Counted from the first letter of the stretch, positions 27,530 to 37,266 are shown. The stretch is 64,000 nt of DNA from Thermoanaerobaculia bacterium (GCA_044868005.1 JBIOVX010000017.1:9377-73376); one strand, 5' to 3'. A program made the numbers and translations. Notes: generated by a model not told the origin, from the letters alone.

Positions 27530-30500
27530 ATGCCGGCAAACTCTGTGCGCAGCAGATGCTGCCTCGCTCTCCTGATCGCTCTCTCCGCAGCGCCCCTGGC
27601 GGCTGAGACTGCCGTCACGGGCACGGTCTTCGGACCTGCGGGCCAACCCCTCGCCGGTGCTCGCGTCGAGCTCGTTCCGGTGCTGAGCAACTTCGAGGCA
27701 GGGCGATTGCGCCTCGCCGGGCAGCAGGATCCCCGTCCCGTCGCCCAAGGCAAGAGCGACGCCGCGGGCCGCTATGCCCTGCAGGCCCCCGCTGCCGGCG
27801 TATTCAAGGTCGTCGTCCGCGACCTAGGCCGGCTACCGATGCAGTACTCGCCGCTCCTGCTGGTGCAGGATGAGGAGCTCCCACCGGTCTCGCTGACCGC
27901 CGATGCCGGCGCCCGAGCGGTCATCCAGGACGCCGCCGGCCGGCCTCAGGCCAGGGCCTGGGTGTTCGCCGCGAGCAGCGACGAAGGAAGGACGCAAGGC
28001 CGCGCCGTCGCCGGCTGGCGGGCGGACTTCCGGCTCGGCCTGACCGGCGAGGACGGCACCGTTTCACTTCCCAGGCGGGAGGGAGAGCGGCTGGACGTCA
28101 GCGTCTTTCCTCCGGGAGGCGCCGAGCTGCAGCAGCTCGACTGGGCCGGAGGAACGATGACCGTCAAGGCGGGTGAAGCGGCCGTCCACCGCGTGCGGGT
28201 GCTCTCCACCAAGGGCGAACCCGCGGGCGGCGTCCTGGTCCGCGCCGGCGGCCTGGCCTGGCCCGTCGGGCTCACGGATGGCGACGGCCGGCTGCAGATT
28301 CCTCGTGCGCCGGGACAATCCGGGAAGCTCCGGCTGGTGGCTGCAGACGGCCGGCAGCAGAGCGTGGATCTGCCTGCCGAAACGGCGGATTCCGAGGTGG
28401 TCGTCACCCTCGCCGAGCCCGCCCTGGTAGCGGGCCGCATCACCCAACAGGAGACCGGGCAACCGCTGGCCGGCGCGCTCGTCAGTCCGGGTCTCGATCC
28501 CGGAGCGTTCGTGCTTGCGGGCGCGGATGGAGGCTATCGGCTGGTGGCCCCCGATCCCCAGGGATTTCCGTTGCGGGTGCAGGCCCTCCTCCGCCTGCCC
28601 AAGTCTCTCCGCATCACCCCGCCCCACGTGCGAGCGGGGCGGATTCCCACGGTAGCCTTGACGCGGGCCTCGGCGCTCCGCGGCCTGGTGGTCGATGCCC
28701 GGGGGTTGCCCCTCGCCGGCGCCGCCGTTCTCGCCTCCCCCGAGCGGAGCACGGAGCCCGGTGCCGCGGCGGCCCTGGAACGCAGCGCGACCGACGGCTC
28801 CGGCCGCTTCGAGCTCCGGCGGCTGCGTGCCGGAACCTCCTATGAGATCAGGACGGTCCGTCCGGGCTATCTGCCGGCTTCCACCAGGATGCCGGCGCCG
28901 TCCGGGGACGCGCCGGCCCTGAAGATCGTCCTCGCCGCCGCCCGCGCGGCCCACGGCAGGGTCCGGGATGCTGCCGGCAGACCCGTCTCGGGAGCCGAGA
29001 TCCGCCTCGAGCCGGCGCTCGCTCCCGGCGTCCGGCGTCCGGCGAAGGAGGCCGACGAGGCGAGCGATCCCTTCGCCGCCCGCACGGACGGGGAAGGCCG
29101 CTTCCGGCTCGACGGGGTCCCGGCGGAGCGGGTGGACCTCACGGCCCGCCAACCCGGCTACGCCACCGGACACGTTCGCGGCATCCGCATCCCTCCGGGA
29201 GAGGGACCCGCGGATCTGGGCACCGTCATCCTGAAGCCCGGAGCCCGCCTCCCGGGGCGCGTCGTCGACCGCCGGGGCGCTCCTGTAGCGGGGGCCGCTG
29301 TCCACCTCGTAGAGAGCCTCGACCATCTGGAGCGGGAGAGCGCGCGGCTCGCGGCCGAGACCCCGGATGCCATGACCGGAGCCGACGGCTCCTTTCTCAT
29401 CGAGGATCTCCCCCAGGCGACCCCGCTGCATCTCCTGGTGCGCGCTTCCGGCCACCTGCCGGCCGGTGTGGCAGGCGTGCGCGCCCCGGTATCGCAGCCC
29501 TTGATCGTCCGCCTCGAGCCGGCCGCGATGCTGCGCGGCCGCGTCGTCGACGAGCAGGGGGCGCCTGTAGGCGGCGCCCGGGTGATGCTTACCTGGCATC
29601 CGACCGCACCTGAAAATCCGGACCGGCCGGCCGGATCTCCCGTCAATCGCTCGGACATCGCCGGCCGCGACGGCTCGTTCGAGATCCGGGATGCTCCCGC
29701 CGGCCCCGTGCGCCTCGCCGTTTCCGCCCCGGGCTTCGTGTCGATCGAAGGTTTCGAAACCGCGGTCCCCTGGCGCGATGCGGACCGCGAGCTGACGCTC
29801 ACCCTGAAGAGAGGGGCGATGCTCAGCGGCCGCATCGCCACCACCGCGGGCCAGCCGGTCTCGGGAGCCCGCATCTCGGCCCAGGACGCCGCCGACGTAT
29901 CCGACGACGAAGGCGCCTACACCGTGCAAGGGGTCCCCCTGGGGCGCACCGAGGTCCAGGTCTTTCACCCCTCCTACAAGCTGTTCCGGCGCGTGATCGA
30001 GATCCAGCCGGGCACCAATCCGCTGGACGTCACCTTCGAAGCAGGGCTGGAGGTCTCGGGCCGGGTGAGAGACGGCCGGGGAGCGCCCGTGGCGGGAGCC
30101 CAGGTCGTCCTCCTCCGGCAGGCGCGAAGGGACTGGGGAGCCTATCGCGAGCGCACCGACGACGACGGGAGCTTCCGGTTCGCGGCGGTCGCCCGGGGCC
30201 ACTACCGCCTGACCGCGGGCGGCGAGAGCTACGCCGCGACGGAATGGAAGCAGCCCGTCGTCGTCGAGGACGAGCCCCTCGAGGGTCTGGAGGTCGTGCT
30301 CGAACGCGGCGGCACCGTCACCGGCCGGATCCTGGGCCTCGATGCGGAACAGCTCGCCCGCGTGGCAGTGGCAGCCGAGGGCGACGACGGCGAGTCCTTC
30401 CCGGCCATGGTGGACGCCGACGGCCGCTACGAGATCCGCCATCTTCCCCCCGGCGACTACCTGGTGCGGGCGGCCCTCGAATCAGGACAGCGGCAGGTGC

Positions 30501-31582
30501 AGGCCCGGGTGGCTTTGCCGCCGGGAGACGCGGAAGCCGTGCGCGATCTGCAGTTCGTTTCCCGCCTGACCCTCTCCGGTCAGGTGCTCTATCAGGAAGA
30601 GCCGCTCTCGGAAGCCAGGATCTCCATCCGCGGGAGCCGTCTGGCGATGGAGCGCTCGGTGGAGACCGACTACCAAGGAGGATTCCGCTTCGAAGACCTG
30701 GAGCCGGACACCTATCGGCTCGGCTTGAGCCATTCCCGCGAGCTTCTCGTCCACAACGACATCGTCGAGCTGTCCGCGGATCGCGAGATCACCATCCGGC
30801 TCCGGCCCTCCACCGTCAGCGGCTTCGTCACGGACGGGAAGAGCGGGCGTCCCATTCCTCACGCCCATCTCACCCTCCGCCACGTCGAAGGAGCGGAATT
30901 CCTCATCAGCGACAGCGCAGGGGAGGACGGCGCCTTCAGCGTCCACCGTGTTCCGGCGGGTTCCTATCTCTTGACCGCGCGTGCTTCCGGCTATTCTCCC
31001 GCGGAGCAAGACCTCGCCGTCTCGGCCGGGCAGGACGTGTCGGGCCTGGAGGTTGCCCTCGCGCCCACACGCGGTCTGGAGCTGATGGTCCGTCTGGCCT
31101 CGGGCCGCCTTCCCGATCGAGTCCACCTCCGGGTGGTGAGCCCGACCGGCGCCGTGGTCCTCACGGAGACCCGGCCGATCGATCCGTCCGGCAAGGTCGA
31201 TCTTGCGACCCTGCCCGAGGGGAGCTGGATCCTGCTTCTGAGCACGCCCGGCAGCGCCACCGCCGTGGTCCCGGTCACGGTTCCCGGAGAGCTTCTCCGC
31301 GTGACTCTCCCCGGGGCCGGCCAATTACATATCCGAGTCCCCGCCTTGGTCACTTCGGATCTCCGCGCCACGGTGACCTTGAGCGCGGCGGACCAGCCCT
31401 TCTGGGTCGTGGGTCCGGGAGGCAGCCTCCAGGACAGGTGGCCGCTCGTGGGCGGCAAGGCGTCGATCGAAGGCGTCCCGGCCGGCCGCTGGCAGATCCG
31501 GGTGGAGTCGCCGGACGGGCGGAGCTTGACAAGACCGATAACGACATCGGGACAGGGTGAGATGGAATTGATGGTGGAGTGA
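27530..31582 (+). CDS. Large secreted carboxypeptidase-regulatory-like (CarboxypepD_reg) repeat protein
   Basis: Signal peptide; repeated G.V.D..G.P..GA.V...TD..G.F...L..G.Y.L.A...GY units. Confidence 0.85.
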   Translation: MPANSVRSRCCLALLIALSAAPLAAETAVTGTVFGPAGQPLAGARVELVPVLSNFEAGRLRLAGQQDPRPVAQGKSDAAGRYALQAPAAGVFKVVVRDLGRLPMQYSPLLLVQDEELPPVSLTADAGARAVIQDAAGRPQARAWVFAASSDEGRTQGRAVAGWRADFRLGLTGEDGTVSLPRREGERLDVSVFPPGGAELQQLDWAGGTMTVKAGEAAVHRVRVLSTKGEPAGGVLVRAGGLAWPVGLTDGDGRLQIPRAPGQSGKLRLVAADGRQQSVDLPAETADSEVVVTLAEPALVAGRITQQETGQPLAGALVSPGLDPGAFVLAGADGGYRLVAPDPQGFPLRVQALLRLPKSLRITPPHVRAGRIPTVALTRASALRGLVVDARGLPLAGAAVLASPERSTEPGAAAALERSATDGSGRFELRRLRAGTSYEIRTVRPGYLPASTRMPAPSGDAPALKIVLAAARAAHGRVRDAAGRPVSGAEIRLEPALAPGVRRPAKEADEASDPFAARTDGEGRFRLDGVPAERVDLTARQPGYATGHVRGIRIPPGEGPADLGTVILKPGARLPGRVVDRRGAPVAGAAVHLVESLDHLERESARLAAETPDAMTGADGSFLIEDLPQATPLHLLVRASGHLPAGVAGVRAPVSQPLIVRLEPAAMLRGRVVDEQGAPVGGARVMLTWHPTAPENPDRPAGSPVNRSDIAGRDGSFEIRDAPAGPVRLAVSAPGFVSIEGFETAVPWRDADRELTLTLKRGAMLSGRIATTAGQPVSGARISAQDAADVSDDEGAYTVQGVPLGRTEVQVFHPSYKLFRRVIEIQPGTNPLDVTFEAGLEVSGRVRDGRGAPVAGAQVVLLRQARRDWGAYRERTDDDGSFRFAAVARGHYRLTAGGESYAATEWKQPVVVEDEPLEGLEVVLERGGTVTGRILGLDAEQLARVAVAAEGDDGESFPAMVDADGRYEIRHLPPGDYLVRAALESGQRQVQARVALPPGDAEAVRDLQFVSRLTLSGQVLYQEEPLSEARISIRGSRLAMERSVETDYQGGFRFEDLEPDTYRLGLSHSRELLVHNDIVELSADREITIRLRPSTVSGFVTDGKSGRPIPHAHLTLRHVEGAEFLISDSAGEDGAFSVHRVPAGSYLLTARASGYSPAEQDLAVSAGQDVSGLEVALAPTRGLELMVRLASGRLPDRVHLRVVSPTGAVVLTETRPIDPSGKVDLATLPEGSWILLLSTPGSATAVVPVTVPGELLRVTLPGAGQLHIRVPALVTSDLRATVTLSAADQPFWVVGPGGSLQDRWPLVGGKASIEGVPAGRWQIRVESPDGRSLTRPITTSGQGEMELMVE

Positions 31583-31597
31583 GATGGTCCCGGAAAT

Positions 31598-31632
31598 AAG
31601 TCCGGCTCGCCCCACCCCTTCCACTGGGCGGC
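31598..31632 (+). pseudogene. Vestige of a CHAT gene 3' end
   Basis: aagtccggctcgccccaccccttccactgggcggc (KSGSPHPFHWA) closely matches 22148-22182. Confidence 0.65.
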
Positions 31633-31657
31633 CCCCCGCGAACGCGATCGCTCGGTT

Positions 31658-31702
31658 TTTCAACGACTTGTGAGCACCGTTGTGCCAGGTGCCGAAATTG
31701 CT
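31658..31702 (+). promoter_or_regulatory. IHF-like site plus sigma54-like promoter of the small peptide gene
   Basis: TTTCAAcgacTTG (close to WATCAAnnnnTTR); aGGtgccgaaaTTGCt with GG-N10-GC. Confidence 0.45.
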
Positions 31703-31750
31703 CTCCGTGGCAGCGAGCGGAAGAAAAACTATCGAAAGGAGGTGATCTCA

Positions 31751-31807
31751 ATGCGCGTCGCGACACACGTCAAAGCAGGAGCCAGGGCCGTAATCATCGA
31801 TTTGTAA
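31751..31807 (+). CDS. 18-aa small peptide MRVATHVKAGARAVIIDL
   Basis: Perfect SD GAAAGGAGGTGA ending 5 nt before the ATG; followed by a hairpin; too short for the ORF track. Confidence 0.75.
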   Translation: MRVATHVKAGARAVIIDL

Positions 31808-31825
31808 CCGACCCCGGTTGACGAG

Positions 31826-31854
31826 TCCGGCCGGATCTTCGCGATCCGGCCGGA
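31826..31854. terminator. Hairpin between the peptide gene and the sigma54 activator
   Basis: tccggccggatc-ttcgc-gatccggccgga. Confidence 0.65.
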
Positions 31855-33453
31855 TCAGTCGTCCGCTCCGCCGCCCGCGGCCGAGATCCCCAGACTCTTC
31901 ATATACCGGTGAAAGGTCGCCTTGGTGAGCCCCAGGCTCTCCCGGGCGGCCTTGACGTTGCCGCCGTGAAGCTCCAGACGCGACTGGATGAGCTCGCGCT
32001 GGAAGTCGCGCAGAGCGTCGCGCATCGAGCCGTCGCCCAGCAGGGGAGCGGCCTTGGGGTTGGGTTCTCCACGCACGACTTCAGGCAGGCAGCTTTCGAT
32101 CAGCGCCGGATCGATCCGGGCGCCGGGCCGCGCGTGGATCACGAACAGCGAGCAGGCGCGCGCCACCTCCCGCACGTTGCCCGGCCAACCGTAGGAGACG
32201 AGCGCGCGCACCGCCTCGCGGGTGAAGCCGAGCGTCCGCTTGCGGTGCTTGCTCTCGTGGTGCCGCCGGAAGTGCTCCAGCAGCAGCGGGATGTCCCGCG
32301 GCCGCTCGCGCAACGGCAGGAGCCGGATGGCGAGCGAGCGGAAGCGGTCGTAGAAGTCCGCCCGCAGGGTTCCCTTGCGGACCGCCTCGGCAAGATCGCG
32401 GTTGGTGGCCAGCACGACCGCCACGTCGACCGGGATCTCCCGCGTCTGCCCGACGGGGACGACGCGATGGTTCTCGAGCACCCGCAGCAGATGGGCCTGC
32501 GCCCGCAGCGTGAGATCGGCCACCTCGTCGAGGAAGAGGATGCCGCCGTTGGCCGCGCGGAAGAAACCGGGCTCGTCGGTGATGGCGCCGGTGTAGGAAC
32601 CCTTCTTGTGGCCGAAGAAGCGGGAGGCCGCGAGCTCCTCCGTGATCTCGGCGCAGTTGACCACCACCAGGGGTTTGCGGCTGCGCGAGCTGTAGGCGTG
32701 CAGGTAGCGCGCGACGAGGTCCTTGCCCGTGCCTCGCTCTCCCAGGATCAGGATGGGCTCGGGATTCTCCGTGTCCAGGGCAGGGATGTACGTCTCGTGC
32801 AGCGCGTGCCGCAGCGCCTCGGTGGCCGCCGAGTCGCCCAGGATCTCCGGCGCGTCGGCGCTCTCATCCGCGGCGGCGAGGAGATCGCGCAGCTCGCGCG
32901 CCTGCCGCTCCTGGCGGAAGTAGAAGCCGCAGGTCCGGCCCACCGCCGCCGCGTATCTCGCCAGCCAGGCGCGGTCCTCCTCTCGATAGGCCTCGGTGAG
33001 GCCGCGGTTCTGGAAGTAGACCACGGCGAGCACCGCGTCGCGGACCGGATCGCGGATCGGCGCGCAGAGCACGCTGAAAGGACCGTCCTCCAGCGAGGGT
33101 GTGCGCGAGACGTCGGCGCGCAGCCGCGGATCCTCGATCAGCTCCGGCTCGCCGGTCGCGATGACGCGTTGGATCAGAGAGGGGCTCACCCCCGGGACGG
33201 ACTCGCCTCTCTCGCACGCCGCGATCTGTTCCGGGGTGAGCCTGCCGACGGTCTCGATGTTGCGCAGGCGCAAGGGCTCGCGCTCCTCCACCAGCAGGAG
33301 CAGGGCCTTGCGGGCGCCGAACCCCCGCGCCGCGGCGGTGAACGAGGCGCGCAGAGCCGCCTCCTCGCCGGCCTCGCTCGCCAGCACCGCCAGGAGCTCG
33401 TTCATCGCCTCCAGGAGCTGAGCGTAGTCGCGGCCTTCGGGGGAGGTCGTCAT
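31855..33453 (-). CDS. GAF + sigma54-interacting AAA+ + Fis-HTH transcriptional activator
   Basis: GERGTGKDL, VNCA, FGHKKGSYTGA, LFLDEV, WPGNVRE, C-terminal HTH; N-terminal GAF (SVLCAPI). Start may be at 33504. Confidence 0.9.
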   Translation of the reverse strand: MTTSPEGRDYAQLLEAMNELLAVLASEAGEEAALRASFTAAARGFGARKALLLLVEEREPLRLRNIETVGRLTPEQIAACERGESVPGVSPSLIQRVIATGEPELIEDPRLRADVSRTPSLEDGPFSVLCAPIRDPVRDAVLAVVYFQNRGLTEAYREEDRAWLARYAAAVGRTCGFYFRQERQARELRDLLAAADESADAPEILGDSAATEALRHALHETYIPALDTENPEPILILGERGTGKDLVARYLHAYSSRSRKPLVVVNCAEITEELAASRFFGHKKGSYTGAITDEPGFFRAANGGILFLDEVADLTLRAQAHLLRVLENHRVVPVGQTREIPVDVAVVLATNRDLAEAVRKGTLRADFYDRFRSLAIRLLPLRERPRDIPLLLEHFRRHHESKHRKRTLGFTREAVRALVSYGWPGNVREVARACSLFVIHARPGARIDPALIESCLPEVVRGEPNPKAAPLLGDGSMRDALRDFQRELIQSRLELHGGNVKAARESLGLTKATFHRYMKSLGISAAGGGADD

Positions 33454-33494
33454 CTCGCCGGCCTCGATGATATGCGATCGAGCTCGGCTCGGCG

Positions 33495-35348
33495 TCATTC
33501 GCACGTCAGCCGCAGCCGCCGCTTGTTGGTGCGCGACTCGGCGAGGGCGATCTCCTTGAGGGTGGGGAAGGCCGCGGGATCGATCCAGCGCTGGCGCAGC
33601 TCGGTGCCCCGCTCGAGGACCAGCACCCTGCCCTTGACGGCGAGCTGCTGGCGGAAGGCGCCGAGATCGTTCTGCACCGTCACGTCCTGCCCTTCGACCT
33701 TGCAGGCGTCCCTGGGCAGGGTGACGCGCCAGGCGACGCGGCTGGCAAAGGGGCGAAGCACCAAGGGCACGGAGCGGCCGTCGAGCAGCCCGGAGGCGGG
33801 CATATCCACCATGTATGGCAAGGGAATCGCCGGCAGGGCGCTTTCCCCGGCGGACACCCCCAGGGACGGCACGCGCACCTTCGCTTCCAGCCTCACGGCG
33901 GGCACGCCACCGGCGACCGGTTGCAGGCGGATGCCGTCCACCGTGGCGCCGGCGGGCAGGAAGGCGGCGAAGACTTCGCGCACCACCCGGTCGACGTCCT
34001 GCGGCCTGCCGTCGGCGTGCAGCCGGAGAAAGTCGGCGCCGGCCTCGCCGGAGAGGTCCAGGCGCACGGCGCCGCTCGCTTCGCCGCTCGCCGCCAGGTC
34101 GAGATCCGCTTCCAGCCGGCGCCCTTCCTCGCCGCTGCGGATCGGCGTCCGCACCAGCTCGGCACGGCCGCCGCGCATCACCAGAGCCTCCTGATCCTGC
34201 ACGGCCGGCTGCAGCCAGCCGAGCCCGCCGGTCTCCTGCGTGGCGTCGAGGAAGAGGTAGCCGCCGGAGACCGGCGCCTGCTCACCCAGAGCGAGACCGG
34301 CGGCGGGCACGGCGACGATCATGTGGTTGAACTGATAGGGCGACGCGAACTCGCGGTCCACCCGGCCTTTCGGATCGAGCCGGATGAGGGCCGGGTAGGC
34401 CTCGACGCCGGCCTCGCGCAGCAGGTCGATGAGCAGCAGGGCCTTGTCCTTGCAGTCGCCCCAGAGCCGCCCGACGACCTGCTCCGGCGGGGCGGGACGG
34501 AAACCGCCGATGCCGATCTCGACGGCGACATATCGCACCTGCCGGCGCGCGAAGTCGGTAAGGATCTCCATCTGCCGCTCGCGGCCGGCGACGCCGGCGA
34601 TCAGCTCGCGCGCCTTGTGCCGCACCGGCTCGGCGCCGCGGGGAATCTGCGCGGTCAGCCCTTCGAACCACCGGGCCACGGCTTCCCATCCCGCCGAATC
34701 GCCCCAGGCATAGCGCAGCACGGCGCCGTCGTAGGCGATGCCGGGTGCGCGCTCCGGCGGCGCCAGGCGCGGCAGATGGGACGCCGCGACGGTGACCCCG
34801 CCCGCCGACTCCTGGACGTCGAGCCCGGGGAGCTCACCGTCGATCCGCCAGCGCCAGCCGGCGCCGCCGCCGTGCACCGAGACGCGCAGCGACTCGACGG
34901 GATCCGTGGAGCCGAGGTCCAGGTGGCCCGCCGGGAAGTAGGGCCGCTCGCGCACCTCGAAGTCCACGCTCAGCACCGAGCCCACGGGCACGGCCGGGAA
35001 GCTGACGGTGCGCAGCCGCAGCGACGAGTGCAGCTCGCCGGCGCCCGTCACCTGCTGGGTGTCGAGGTCCCGGCGAGACACTTTGAGGACCCTGCCGTCC
35101 GGCCGGGTGGCGGTCGCCGTGAGGTCCACCAGCTCGCGGTTCTCGTCGAGCGCCACGGGGTAGGGAGACCAGAGCGAGAAGTCGCCGGGCTCGTCGAGCC
35201 TCACCCGCAGGCGCCTGCGCTCGGCGACCGAGCCGTCGGGCCGGATCTCGACGTCGATTGCCCGCTCGAGCACCGTGGCGCCGCGCGCCGGCGCGGCGAG
35301 AGCGAGGAGCAGGAGGCTAGCGGCGGACCAGCAGCAGCTTCTGGGCAT
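33495..35348 (-). CDS. DUF3857 + transglutaminase-like protein (catalytic triad intact)
   Basis: VRYVAVEIGIGG, GDCKDKA, FNHMIV, FLDAT; signal peptide. Confidence 0.88.
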   Translation of the reverse strand: MPRSCCWSAASLLLLALAAPARGATVLERAIDVEIRPDGSVAERRRLRVRLDEPGDFSLWSPYPVALDENRELVDLTATATRPDGRVLKVSRRDLDTQQVTGAGELHSSLRLRTVSFPAVPVGSVLSVDFEVRERPYFPAGHLDLGSTDPVESLRVSVHGGGAGWRWRIDGELPGLDVQESAGGVTVAASHLPRLAPPERAPGIAYDGAVLRYAWGDSAGWEAVARWFEGLTAQIPRGAEPVRHKARELIAGVAGRERQMEILTDFARRQVRYVAVEIGIGGFRPAPPEQVVGRLWGDCKDKALLLIDLLREAGVEAYPALIRLDPKGRVDREFASPYQFNHMIVAVPAAGLALGEQAPVSGGYLFLDATQETGGLGWLQPAVQDQEALVMRGGRAELVRTPIRSGEEGRRLEADLDLAASGEASGAVRLDLSGEAGADFLRLHADGRPQDVDRVVREVFAAFLPAGATVDGIRLQPVAGGVPAVRLEAKVRVPSLGVSAGESALPAIPLPYMVDMPASGLLDGRSVPLVLRPFASRVAWRVTLPRDACKVEGQDVTVQNDLGAFRQQLAVKGRVLVLERGTELRQRWIDPAAFPTLKEIALAESRTNKRRLRLTCE

Positions 35349-37266
35349 CGCTCTTCTCCGTCTGGGCGAACAACGAGCGGATGGCCTCGTACTCCTGCGA
35401 GGTCGCGAGGGTCTTGCGGGTGACGTCGAGGCGCCGCTTGACCACCACCGAGCGCTCTCCCTGCTGCACCTCCACCGCCAGCGTGCCGGCGGCGTTGGTG
35501 ACCGCGGCCTCCCGCGGCTTGCCCTCGACGTTCCATCCCTCGGGCCAGCTCAGGCGCAGCTCGACCTCGTCGCGGTCCGGGTAGTTGAACATCACGGCGC
35601 TGCGCCGGCTGGTGACGGGCTGCACCAGGGGCTGGACCATCGGTCCCAGCGGCGCGCTGGGCACCACCTCGGCCTCGTCGCCCAGCACCTCCTCCTCCCG
35701 TTGCGCCATTGCCCAAGTGACGGTGACCTGGTTCTCGTCAGGCGACTCCAGGGCCTTGATCTCCGAGATCTGGAAGTCGCGGTAGCTCCCGGCGAGCCAG
35801 TCTCCCCAGGCCTTGAGGGTCGCCGCCTCATCCTCCCGCCAGTCGATCTTCTCCCAGGCATGATGGCCGGTCAGGCGCAGGGTGCCCGTGCCCCCCAAGC
35901 GGCCTTTCTCGTCCAGCGCCAGCACGACCTCGGCGCGCCGCAGGTTCTGGTCGGCCGACGACTCGGGCAGCGAGATCCTCTCCGGCTTCTTGGCGTCGAA
36001 GAGCAGCGCCGGCGTGCCGTCGTAGCCGGAGCGCAGCCGGCCGAAGGCCAGGGCGCGGTCGGAGGGATCGAGGAACACGCGCTTGCCGTCGAGGTCCACC
36101 GCCACGAACACGGCATCGAACCACTCGGGGTTCGGCAGCTCCAGATCCACGGCGCCGCGGTTGCGGTCCGCGGCCCACACCAGGCGCGAGTCGATCTTGA
36201 CCGCCGCTAGCATGGCCTGGAGGAGCAGAGCCTTCTCGGCGCTGTCGCCCTTGCCTTCGCGCAGGACCTTGGCCAGGGAGGAGCCTTCTCTCAGGTCGAC
36301 GCCGGTGGCGGGATCGGTCTCGATCTCATCGCGGACGAAGCGATAGAGGCCGAGGGCCTTCTCCCGCGGCGTACCGGCGGCGGCGATCTCGCGCGCCCGC
36401 TTGGCCACACCGCCGTCCTTGTGGCGGGCGGGATCGTAGGAGTACTCGAAGATCAGCTCGCAGACTTTGGCCCAGCTCTCCAGCAGCGGCTCGCGCCCGT
36501 AGGCGCCCCCTCCCATGGCGGTCGGCAGCAGCAGCATCTGCGCCGCCAGATCCCGGAAGGGCGGGCCATAGAGGTCGTCCGGCACGGAGGGCAGGTTCTC
36601 CGCCCACACCCGGGTCTCGGTGCCGCTGACGTTTCTCTTGGTCTCATTCTGCATCTGCACCTGCTCCGGGGTGCGCCCCCAGGCCCTCGCCTCGAGATTG
36701 GAAGGCGCCTTGAAGACGACCTCGGCGTAGCGCACCGGGACCTCTTCGGAGAAGAACCAGGGCTCCAGATAGAAGATCGAGTCGAACCCCAGCGTGTACT
36801 GGTAATCGAGGATCGCTCCCACCTGGACGGAGGGAAACGCCACCGCGGTGACGAAGCTCTTGCGGGAGCGGGAGGCCTTGCGCACGAACTTGGCGTCGGA
36901 GGGCACGGGGACCACCCGGCCGTCCGGCAGCACGGTGCGCGCCTGAAAGCCGTGGAGCCGGTAGGCGTCGTTGTGCGCGATGGCGATCTCGCCATTGGCC
37001 TTGCCTTCCTCGGTGAGGATCTTCATGCGCACCTGCACGCGCAGCGACGAGGCGAGGCTGCCCTGCTGCACCCCGTAACCCGCCAGCAGGAACTCGCCTT
37101 TCTTGAACAGCACCACCGCCGGCGCATTCGGCTCGCCCGGCACGGCCGTCAGCGTACGCTCCGCCTCGGTGACGGGAGGGAAATCCGCCGCGGCCGCGGC
37201 GTGGAAGCCGCCCGCCAACGGGGCCAGACAAGCTGGGATGAGAAGAAGGCGAAGTACACTTTTCAT
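35317..37266 (-). CDS. DUF3857 + transglutaminase-like protein (catalytic Cys replaced)
   Basis: FP.VQVGAILDY (DUF3857), GDSAEKA, WFDAVF, FLDPS; signal peptide. Confidence 0.85.
   Translation of the reverse strand: MKSVLRLLLIPACLAPLAGGFHAAAAADFPPVTEAERTLTAVPGEPNAPAVVLFKKGEFLLAGYGVQQGSLASSLRVQVRMKILTEEGKANGEIAIAHNDAYRLHGFQARTVLPDGRVVPVPSDAKFVRKASRSRKSFVTAVAFPSVQVGAILDYQYTLGFDSIFYLEPWFFSEEVPVRYAEVVFKAPSNLEARAWGRTPEQVQMQNETKRNVSGTETRVWAENLPSVPDDLYGPPFRDLAAQMLLLPTAMGGGAYGREPLLESWAKVCELIFEYSYDPARHKDGGVAKRAREIAAAGTPREKALGLYRFVRDEIETDPATGVDLREGSSLAKVLREGKGDSAEKALLLQAMLAAVKIDSRLVWAADRNRGAVDLELPNPEWFDAVFVAVDLDGKRVFLDPSDRALAFGRLRSGYDGTPALLFDAKKPERISLPESSADQNLRRAEVVLALDEKGRLGGTGTLRLTGHHAWEKIDWREDEAATLKAWGDWLAGSYRDFQISEIKALESPDENQVTVTWAMAQREEEVLGDEAEVVPSAPLGPMVQPLVQPVTSRRSAVMFNYPDRDEVELRLSWPEGWNVEGKPREAAVTNAAGTLAVEVQQGERSVVVKRRLDVTRKTLATSQEYEAIRSLFAQTEKSDAQKLLLVRR

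Noticed and set aside
31674-31688. Minus-strand TGGCAC sigma54 promoter
   Set aside because: GG-to-GC spacing is 9 rather than 10, and there is no downstream gene on that strand.
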